DNA of 64,000 nucleotides from Mizuhopecten yessoensis (Eukaryota): NCBI RefSeq assembly GCF_002113885.1, contig NW_018408770.1, positions 838,458 to 902,457 of the forward strand, read 5' to 3'. Shown piece by piece: positions 53,855 to 64,000 of this stretch (position 1 is its first letter; each line of letters starts with the position of its first letter). The notes under the pieces were generated by a model. It saw only the letters and a program-made list of their open reading frames with translations, ran no database searches and was not told where the DNA came from. The position numbers and the translations under genes were made by a program.

Positions 53855-56800
53855 AAAATGGAGAGAAGAAAGTGACTATCTTGGAGAATGGACAGTGTAC
53901 CTGTTGTCCCTATGGTTACCATATAGACTTGGACTTCGTCAACTACTGTGACAGTTTGAATGATCCTGCCTATTTGAAAAAGTTGAAAAGGTTACAACGA
54001 GAAAAGCGTAAACTTCGTAAATCTATGGAAGTCTATCTTCAACAACAGGAGAATTCTGATGTCCAGCAAACAGAGACCGTGGAGCGGATTAGCCTCGTGC
54101 CACTCAACAAACAAAGTGCACCGGCCAATCAGGTTCTGGATGAGATAGACTCATCAGTGGATGCCACACTGGCTTCCATCAACACTATGATGTATACTTC
54201 TGCTCATGGCCGACTCATGAGCTCCGAAAGTGAAGGCACATCTAGCTCTACAAGTCCCCAAAACACAGAAAAGTTCAACACATTTCCACGCAATCGAGGC
54301 AAAAACATGCAGGATGAAATAAATCAATTTAATACATCTTTTGAAATGCAAAGAGGACTAACAGATTCCCAGAGTTCCTTGTCTTCTATTTCGACAATTG
54401 CCAGTGAACGAAATTTTCCGACACAAAGTGTATCAACCTATAACCACATGGTTGGCAACAACAACTATGGCCAGAGTACTGTCACTACGGAAACAAGTAT
54501 CTCACGCTTCACACACATCACATCTGAACAGTTGGCGGCTACCATGGCAACACATTTACCAACACCTGAAGATGGCGCTGCTTCCTCCCAGTCGACAACA
54601 ACAAGCATCAGTAAGTCCTCTCTACACGAGGTGCGCGAGGTGATGGCAGTGAGCTTACAGAGGATGAGAGAGCTTGAGGAACAGCTGAAGGCTATCCCGG
54701 TCCTGCAGGTGCGTATCTCTGTCCTCAAGGAGGAGAAGCGCCTTCTCATGTTGCAACAGAAAGCTCGCGAGGCTAGGATGAACATGCGGTCAATTGGTGT
54801 TGGAGATTCTCCTGTAGAGGAGGTTGTCAAACCAGTTGTATCCCCTACGGTTAAGGTTCCACCACCAGTAATGCCAAAGCCTAGACTGAAGTCCAAGGCT
54901 GTAGGGGACAACAACGTGATGGTGCCTTACCTAGTGCAGCCTGAGTTACCACCCAGCTACACTGTCAGGGACAATGAAACCATCATACGGGAGACGTATG
55001 TGTTGGAGAGAGAACGTGGTAACACTGCAATCTACTCACCCTTTTCCAGGACACCCAAACCTCTCACTCGAACAATAGGCATTGGTGACGCAAATGTGCT
55101 TGATGATGGTTTAAAGATTCACGAAAAAGAACTAAGAACTGTGATTATAGGCGAAGCAAAGTCTGTTGGAAAGCGCCATGTTGGTGTGGATTGTCGTGTG
55201 TCAACAAGGGATGTTGGTGTGTCTATTGCGATTGATGAGGAGAAGCCTTCGACACGTACGGTTGGTGTTAATGTTGACACAGGTTCCTTACTAACCTCGC
55301 TAAGCTTCAAGGCTGATGAGATGAGGAGTGCATTGAGGGAAGTACTACACAAAAATGTGCGGAGTATCGGTGTCAATTGTGACTATAGGGCTCAAACCAT
55401 GGAGAGAGGGGTACAATTTTCTGAATATTCACTGCGTACCATAGGTGTAGGGGACTATGATGTGGATATAGAATTACGTGCTCCTGTTCCGACGAGAACT
55501 GTTGGAATTGAAGCCCAGCCTCATGTCATAAATAAGGCTTGTAACACAGACTATGGCTGGAAGCTTGATGCTAGCACCAACACCGCAAAGCAATACCAGG
55601 AAAACAGGTCAACCATGACGGACCGGGCGAGACTCGGCAGTGCAGGGACCATGACTGAGGCTGACAAAATGTTCTCTGGTGGCACACAGACTGATGTGAT
55701 GATGTTCATGAGGATGGATCAACTAAAAAATGCTGGGTGTAATACAAAACGGAAAAACACTTACAGCAATGGTGTCCAAACAGACCTGTGTGAAGTTGTG
55801 TCGGAGGATTATGAACTTGAGGTAATTTCGAAAAGCAGACGGCCAATTAAAACTAATTCCTACACAAATACGGATGCAGAGCCTCGAAAATACAGCACAT
55901 CGATGAATACAGAGGAACCTAGAAAATATAGTAAATCTGTGAACACTGACTCGGTGAGAACCAGAGACATTGGAAGTAGTGATGATAAATTAGATTCATT
56001 TGTATGTTCCTTTAATGATGAAGAACGAATGGAGGAGACAACGGAAGAGATCGTCACCTGGACAACAGAGCAGGAGGTCCAGAGTGACTGGTCAGGCCAA
56101 AGCAGGGGTCAAGTCATTGAACGTCATACGACTGCATCTCTGGACAATAACCAGATAAAAACCTCTAAAGAGATCAAAGAGGTACCAGAATCTTCACTGG
56201 TGGTTGTGTCTCAGAGGGCGAACAACTTGATGTCAGCATCCCCTAAATATAAGGATGAGGCAACCTCCGAGACATGGGAGGATAAGCAAGTTACTCAAGT
56301 GAGCTCAGACCAACACAGCTGGAAGGAAGGTGACCGCAGTCAGGAGGTAGTGGAGAAAAAGATCACCAGCCAGGGTGGCGACACTTACACTGTCACCACC
56401 ATCACACGCAAGACTCTTGGTGAACCAGATGGGCAAATGACCTTGCCAGGTCAGAGTGGTAAAGCCAATGTAAGGAGTATCAAAACAGGAGGCAACATTG
56501 AGGTTACTAAGATCTCTTCTTCTGGTGGTGGCAGTACTGGGGATGTATTATCTGGTATAAGCGGAAGTCAGCGAACAGTTACCACAGTCACGCAAAGTAT
56601 GAGTGGTTCAGGAGGTGGCAGACAAGCGCTGGAAGAAAACAGGGAACAGTCAATGTCACAATCTTCATCTACCTCCAAACTGAAGGCTGAGCTTGATCTG
56701 TTAGGGGGATCTGGAGGGTCATCGTCATTGATGATGCAAAAGGGATCAGGGGGATCAATGGAATCAACAGGTTCATCATCGATAATGATATCCTCGTCCA

Positions 56801-57164
56801 GTAGTGGTGTGTCAGGAATGACCTCAAGCAGTGGTCAGTCTGGCTCTGATCTCAGTCTGAGTGGTCAGTCTTCGACCAGCACCAGCAGCGACACCAATAA
56901 TGAAGAGGAGGAGGAGGTAACTGAGTCACTGGAGATCAGGACATATAGGACTTCTGACTTTACACCAGTTGGCAGGAGCTATTTTGAGCAGTATGTCAGT
57001 TCTGGAGACAGTGGAAACCTCACTGGAGGTGTAACCATTATGAACACACATTCTGTTGATTCCACTGATGGCAGTCGCAGGTCTCTCAAGTCATGCATGA
57101 AGAAGAGCAAGTCGGACACTCAGATCAAGAAGGGCATCACCTTTGCCGAAAATGTGGTTGGAGG
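53855..57164 (+). CDS. KANK: KANK, large exon (3310 bp): KN motif, coiled coil 1, disordered linker
   Basis: KN motif CPYGYHIDLDFVNYCDSL and conserved coiled coil VREVMAVSLQRMRELEEQLKAIPVLQVRISVLKEEKRLL. Ends KKGITFAENVVGG. Long polypyrimidine acceptor at 53854 and donor gg|gtaatt (phase 2). Confidence 0.95.
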
Positions 57165-57506
57165 GTAATTAGACTCTTTTTTATTATATGTTTGATAGTG
57201 CACTTAAATTATCTAAGTCAAAAAAGATAAGTTTGTAATTATTTATAATTTGCTCTGCAAAGATCATATGTTATATCGTTGCAATGAAAGATAAGTTTGC
57301 TTGTAAGTATTTGCTCTATAACAGATAAATAGTGTTTGGACTTGAATTGCATGCAAATTTTATTTGGTTGTGTGTGGGCTTTTAACATTCTTGCTTAAAG
57401 AACTGCTAGAATCTGACTAAATGGTAAAAGACAGGACAATAGGGAATATGTATTAATACCTGTAACATGTGGCCTGACTCTGCCATTCAAATTTTTGACC
57501 GCCCAG

Positions 57507-57695
57507 TTATACATCTAGCAGTGCAGGTGACGAAAGTTCGGAGGAGGGAGAATCTGACAGTGAGTCAACAACTAGTTACGAGGAGGGATCGTACGATGGG
57601 CGAGAGGGCAGCATTGTCTACCAGTGTAAGGACGATGAGGCCATTGCACAGGGAATGCCTGGGGCCAAGATGTTTGACCAGAACATCAGGGAAAC
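57507..57695 (+). CDS. KANK: KANK exon (acidic Ser/Glu-rich segment)
   Basis: cag|T TAT ACA TCT... gives YTSSSAGDESSEEGESDSES...FDQNIRET, donor ac|gtaagt, phase 2/2. Matches the GGYETTSS-type acidic region of KANKs. Confidence 0.88.
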
Positions 57696-58028
57696 GTAAG
57701 TAGATCAGTCAGTGGTATTATGTCCAAAATCTGTGAGAGAAAACAGTTTTCAGTGGAAAGACTTACTACATTACTACAAGACATGTACAATAAATCATGG
57801 GACCTTAGAATTAATTTAAGTTGCTAGAGACAATATATATATATATATATCTGAAAAATGTAAAGATTTATTCCACAATTTCTTGTCATTGTAAGATAAG
57901 ATTGAAATGTTTTTTTTCTTAAATCTTGAAATGACTTCTTAAAGTATCCTTATATTGTATGTTTTTTTAAGTATCAAGTCACTGGTACATATGTGTATGT
58001 GAAACTGAGTATATTCTTTTGCATGCAG

Positions 58029-58116
58029 ATTCGAGTTGAGTAAAGAAATGCAAACATCATCTTCTGTGCTGGCCAAGTATTTGGAGGACTCAACAGAGGT
58101 ACAGACCAAGGAACTG
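58029..58116 (+). CDS. KANK: KANK exon (helical cap before ankyrin repeats)
   Basis: FELSKEMQTSSSVLAKYLEDSTEVQTKEL; cag acceptor and ctg|gtacgt donor, phases 2/0. Confidence 0.88.
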
Positions 58117-58746
58117 GTACGTCATAGGTTATTAGTCTGGAGACCTAGAAATGGTCGTTAGTTGATGACAAGATTAGTAGAATATCTGTCTAATGTTCAG
58201 AGAGGCATGTCTTTGAATGATTAAACAAATCTCATTCTAGACAGTTGCATTTTGCATCTCCTTACACATTGCTACCCACACTGCCAATGTTAATACTGTA
58301 ACAATGAAACAATCATGTGACGGAAATCAATCAACTGACATTTTCCATGTACTGACAGCCAGTATTCAAAGAGTTAAGTCCCTTGAGTATACATAGACAC
58401 TAGTCCCCTTATGCATATCCGATTTGTCAGTTTTTAATTGTAACATTTTCGGGTATAAAACCTGGCAGACCTGCAAATGTTTATGCAGGCGTTGCAAGGC
58501 TTGGTCAAGGCTTGCCTGAAAGCAGCATCAGATTACTACACTCTATAGGTCTGATCTTATATCATAAAGGAACAACCCTGGTCCAACCAGTTCAACCATT
58601 TGGATCGCGATAAACGAACGCGACCCTGGTTAACAATATGATTTTATCCATCATTGTTACAGTGATGAGGTTATAAGAAAATCGAACAAAGCGTGATTTC
58701 CACCGATTTAAGATGACTGTAAATGTTGACTTTGTTTACCTGACAG

Positions 58747-58896
58747 AATGCCAGCCTTAATGTGATCCAGAAGGAATGGTTTGGCATTTCTAGCCAGAAG
58801 CTGTCAGAGCCCCACCAGGTAGAGGACTACCTGTCAAGCTTAAACGAGATTTCTCGACGTCTGCTCGAGTATATAGTCAACATGCAGGATTCCAAT
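58747..58896 (+). CDS. KANK: KANK exon (ANK0 region)
   Basis: NASLNVIQKEWFGISSQK...VEDYL...LLEYIVNMQDSN, the conserved EWF.SS motif; phase 0/0. Confidence 0.93.
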
Positions 58897-59125
58897 GTGA
58901 GTATACATCATGTTACTAAGGACTCTAGCCATACTACTTACAGCCCTGCTGTAAAATGTTACACAAGTAAGTTGCTCGAAGAGTTGATGTAGGTGTCAGC
59001 TCTGTCTAGATAAAACACAACAAAACTTTTTAATTTGGAAAAACCAGGAAATTTTTGCTTAAACTTCAACAACTTTTTGTTTCATATATATGGAAATTTT
59101 GTTGATACAGATTTATTTATTACAG

Positions 59126-59338
59126 GGAAACACAGCCATACACTATGCAGTGTCCCACTGTAATTTCGAGATAGTGAACCTGCTGTTGGACACAGGCAAG
59201 GTGGACCTGGACAAGCAGAACAAAGCCGGCTACACACCCACCATGCTGGCCACACTGGCCTACACCCAGACTGAGCGTCAACAGGAGGTTGTCCACAGAC
59301 TTTTTACAATGGGCGACATTAACGCCCGTGCCTCGAAG
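59126..59338 (+). CDS. KANK: KANK exon (ankyrin repeats 1-2)
   Basis: GNTAIHYAVSHCNFEIVNLLLDTG...QNKAGYTPTMLA...GDINARASK; phase 0/0. Confidence 0.95.
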
Positions 59339-59882
59339 GTATGTATAGTACTCTCCGCAAGTAGCAACTGAGTCTGAACATCAATTATATTTTCGCTATA
59401 CTTATATTGGTAAAGGAGAGGGATATTCCATCTGATACAGCTGTCATGGAGGGGTGTAGGAATACTCTAGCTTCCTTAGATGTGATTATTATTTTGATAT
59501 CGTACTGAAAAAAGTTGAATGGTAATCACTAGGCATAAACAGGCATAGGAAAAAGGCTTTATGAAAAAAAATCACTTGATGACTTTCTTTTGTATACAAG
59601 GAGAGAAATTCTCTCTTGGTTGATATTGTTTAAGTTTTCCAATGAAAATTCTGTGAATGACAGATAGAGAAAGCGAATAACATGGTAGGTCATATCATAC
59701 GAACTATGATGTTGTAATCTAATTAAACCAGTGTGAAGATATGAAGCACTTGTTATATGAAATTGTTCCTGTTTGTATGATTATATATACGGTGTATATG
59801 ATGTAAAAATTACCTTTTTGTAGCTTTTAAGTTGATCTTTTGCTTGAAGAGAAACCTCATGTTATTATTTTACCTTCCCAAG

Positions 59883-60071
59883 TCGCAATCAGGAGACCAT
59901 GCATTGGGAAGCCGTTCCTCAGGAAGCTATTCCTCTGGAACTCGTTCCTTTGGAAGCCATTCCTCTGGAAGCCAGTCATCTGGCAGTTCCAGCTCGCTCT
60001 CCTCCATAGGAAGTCGATCCCCGGAGATGAACCAGAGGTCGTCGTCATATCGCAGTTACTACAGATTTTGA
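59883..60071 (+). CDS. Candidate alternative terminal exon of KANK (Ser/Gly-rich tail)
   Basis: Acceptor ttattttaccttcccaag in phase 0, 62 open codons with six 15-nt GSxSS-like repeats, ending YRSYYRF-stop. Confidence 0.5.
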   Translation, partial: SQSGDHALGSRSSGSYSSGTRSFGSHSSGSQSSGSSSSLSSIGSRSPEMNQRSSSYRSYYRF

Positions 60072-60336
60072 TTTGTAGGCACAAGGTAGTACACCCATGG
60101 CATTGTGTCCGCTGTACCAAAGGAATGATACGCATGCATCCATGTAATACCAGCACGGTGTCATGGCAACAAGGCGCATGTTGTTTGCACTGTTCGGATA
60201 TCAATATTGTATTTGTTACCATGGTTACATGCCACCGATTCAACAAAAAAATCATAATGATTGGAAGAAGAAAAGAAAATTGGAATTATGTTCTAAAAGT
60301 CTGCTCTAAATCTGAATGATGAGGTAACTATGGTAA

Positions 60337-60789
<453 letters not shown>

Positions 60790-61470
60790 TAGATTGGAAG
60801 TCTCCATGCAATAACCAGTTGTCACGTAACCACTGTCCATTATGACACTCTCGTTGGATATCAGAAAAAAGAGTTTGAAAGCTTCAAAATCTTAATAACC
60901 TTTCGTTTTCATGTTAAGATTTGTTATGTTTTTCGTAAAAGATTTAAATTTCTTATCAAATCTTCATTTCATATCCTTGGGGATCAGTTTTTGAATTTCG
61001 TACTTTAGTGAAAATGATTTGCCCATTGAATGAAATAAAGATTAACTGTTAGCGGGTAAAGAGAGAAGATATATAATTGATAATCAGCCGCTACCACACA
61101 GGGAGCTGTCAGAAACGTTGTGGTATATGTAGTGGCTTCATCAATGTTACAGCGCCTTTATGATTATATATCTCACCGAGCCATACATTACAGCTAACAT
61201 ATAGAAATGTTAGGTAAACCAAAATCTGCTGTTTATCTCATTTTCATGATTATTTTCAAAGAAAAAAGAAAAAAATCTTGTATTTACAAAGGAAGAGCTT
61301 TGTCTATGTTGAATATTGAATAACGAAGACCTGAATTTATAGGTATAAATGTCAAAATAGGGACCATCATACCTGAAAGTCATTATCTCTAAGTCACTTG
61401 GACAAGAAATATCCTTTGATTAATACTGTGACATAGATAGGAATGTAATTTGCTTGGTACAGTGACAAAT

Positions 61471-61916
61471 AGAAATAAAGGGTAGGGGAAAGATGTGTTT
61501 TTAGAAATAAAGGGAAGGGGAAAGATGTGTTCTCAGAAATAAAGGGTAGGGGAAAGATGTGTTCTCAGAAATAAAGGGTAGGGGAAAGATGTGTTCTCAG
61601 AAATAAAGGGAAGGGGAAAGATGTGTTCTCAGAAATAAAGGGAAGGGGAAAGATGTGTTCTCAGAAATAAAGGGAAGGGAAAAGATGTGTTCTTAGAAAT
61701 AAAGGGTAGGGGAAAGATGTGTTCTCAGAAATAAAGGGAAGAGGAAAGATGTGTTCTCAGAAATGAAGGGAAGGGAAAAGATGTGTTCTCATAAATAAAG
61801 GGAAGGGGAAAGATGTGTTCTCAGAAATAAAGGGAAGGGAAAAGATGTGTTCTTAGAAATAAAGGGTAGGGGAAAGATGTGTTCTCAGAAATAAAGGGAA
61901 GGGAAAAGATGTGTTC
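61471..61916. repeat. 32-bp purine-rich minisatellite, ~14 copies, intronic
   Basis: Unit agaaataaagggaaggggaaagatgtgttctc, period 32. Confidence 0.97.
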
Positions 61917-63942
61917 CATCACGACAGGGTCATTATCAAGGCATGTGCATCATGATTTTTAACACATGTACTACTGTTTACAGTCCCAGACCTAGTATTG
62001 TTAAGTTTTGCTGTGTATTGTGTGTTATTGTCGTAAATCATTAAATGTACAGTCATATGCAAGTATCAACAATGTCTCCAGGATCCATTATCAGATTTGG
62101 TGCTAAACTTTCATTAGAGTTTACAATTATACATACATCATGTTACAGGTATTATTACTACAGTATAGATCATCTAGTTTTATATGGGGTATATTGGTTT
62201 ATGTTTTTGAGATTTTTATATGAGAAAAAGTCCCATTGTATTATTTTATTGTTATTATTTTATGTAAAAATGGCATATTTATAGTAATAAATTTATATGG
62301 TCAACCCTTTTATTTTACCTGTATCACAATTCAATGTTAACATTATTTATTTGTTGTTGGAACCTTGTTAGTTTTGATTATAAAAATGTCATTCCCTATA
62401 CATATAGATATTGAAATAATGGCTTTCGAAGATTGACAGAATCCTGGCACAGTCATAATTATATAAAGATCTCCAAACCATTCAGAATATTTCAACACAG
62501 ACGTCAATGTTAATAGTCAAAATGCAAATGTTTCCACTTGCAAGAAATTTCAGTTTATTTGGAAACAACTAAATATTCTGTTTGCAACATCTTTTAGAAC
62601 TGTTCAGAAAAAGTGACCGTGTGATAAAAAGGGGGAGTGCTTCAGACTGTTAAATTCCATCTATATTTGTAATAAATAAATAATAATTCCAGGTTCTTAC
62701 ATACCACTTTATCACAACCTAGTTTGTAGGTCGTCTCAAAGGTTGAAAGCGGTTCACAAATTTCTCACTTAACTCTTTTATAATATTTCAATACTTCACT
62801 AGTAAAGATACATTGAAAATAGTTTATCCATTATGTTGGTGCTAAGTCTCTGGTGAGTTTTCACAGACAGATATTTTATTGGAGATTTCGTTTTTGTTTG
62901 CATATTCTGCTCAGCCTTAATAGTGTGGAGTCTCCTGAGCTGTCAGAAAAATAACGCAATAGTAATATTTGAGCATTTATGTTTTTCTTTAAAACTGAAT
63001 TGTCCCGGGCTGCCTGGTCTAGCACTACTCGGCCATTGTAACGGTACACGAGTGAGTACCAACACATTAATTCTCATCGCTAGAGCGTTACCCAGGTTAC
63101 TCGCCCTATAGCTCGGACCAGTTGGTGTGTCAGTGGACAGACCCTGGTTTGCAGCTTCCTGTACCCAAGGTTCCTCATCAGCCCCTTTTGTTAATGCTTG
63201 CATTAATACTGATGTATCTTCTGTGCTTCCTATATTTATTTTGACTGTGTAGACATTAACTGTACATTATAGTACCTGTAAATCTAGTATTTATGTTTAC
63301 TGCTATCTTGTTGTTTAGGTCTCATGCTTGGGGTTCTTGCAATTGTTTAATGTTATAAATTCCTACTTTCATGCAGTGATTCATATTTAATACAAAACAA
63401 AACAAAATGAAGAGATTGAATCAAAGGAAATATTTGGTTATGTATGCTCCTTTGGAATATTGTCGGTCAAAACACTTGCCTTTTCACCTCTGCATTTTTG
63501 GTAACGTTTTGTCACAGCATGAAAGTTGGTGTAATTATCACCATCATAAGTACACAGTGTAAAAGTGAATACAGCATGAAGAGTTGTGTCGCTCACAGAT
63601 GAAAAAAGCTTATTATCTGTAAATAATCAAAGAATGGAAGAAAACTTATTTCCAAGTATGGTCTTACTGTTAGAACTGTTTTCTGGGGTCAGGAAGTGTG
63701 CAAATCATTTATGAAAGGGAGATAACTTCTGTAAAATTGGATTGGCACTCAAAGGGAGATAACCAAAAATTACTTAACATCTTATAAAAGGGAAGTAACT
63801 CTATTTGCCAGGTGTTGTCATGAGTTTTACACTGTGTGCTGTTGTGTAATGTATTCTATTGTATTTTTTTGTGCATGTCGACGTTGTACTGATGATTTTA
63901 TTTCACCTTTCCCTTTGCCCGTGGTGGTGCATGTTTGTGTAG

Positions 63943-64000
63943 GATGGGAGTACCCCTCTGTCGATAGCCATGGAGGCAGGCCACAAGGACATAGGAGTCC
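63943..64000 (+). CDS. KANK: KANK exon (ankyrin repeat 5), continues beyond the window
   Basis: tag|GAT GGG AGT ACC CCT... gives DGSTPLSIAMEAGHKDIGV. Confidence 0.92.

Noticed and set aside
54154-56057. Antisense and off-frame ORFs within the large KANK exon
   Set aside because: Expected shadows of a long Ser/Thr-rich coding exon.
63155-63190. CUGAUGAG on the minus strand as a second hammerhead
   Set aside because: No stem II followed by GAAA and UH.

Overview
AT-rich, intron-containing animal DNA, probably a bivalve mollusc (inferred from the repeat families, not proven). The only host gene I can support is a + strand KANK gene (KN motif and ankyrin repeat domain protein). Eight coding exons join in frame with GT-AG junctions: 46638-47199, 53855-57164, 57507-57695, 58029-58116, 58747-58896, 59126-59338, 60397-60597 and 63943->64000. 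The first 46 kb is non-coding (5' introns or intergenic). It holds Helentron/HINE-like elements with internal satellite repeats, 73-, 40-, 26- and ~30-bp tandem arrays, a Tc2-like non-autonomous transposon, small palindromic MITEs, and a 3'-truncated DIRS/Ngaro-type retrotransposon (minus strand, 11280-14371) bracketed by a 61-bp direct repeat. The most notable observations are: (1) the element's gag and RT ORFs are in the same frame, separated only by a TGA-CTAG stop-codon readthrough context; (2) an inverted pair of minimal hammerhead ribozyme motifs at 2891-3024; (3) a candidate in-frame alternative terminal KANK exon that would replace the last ankyrin repeats with a GSxSS-repeat tail; (4) a long array of LC8-type and PP1-docking-type motifs in the 3.3-kb KANK exon; (5) a forward-inverted-forward triplication with junction microhomologies at 40.3-41.3 kb.
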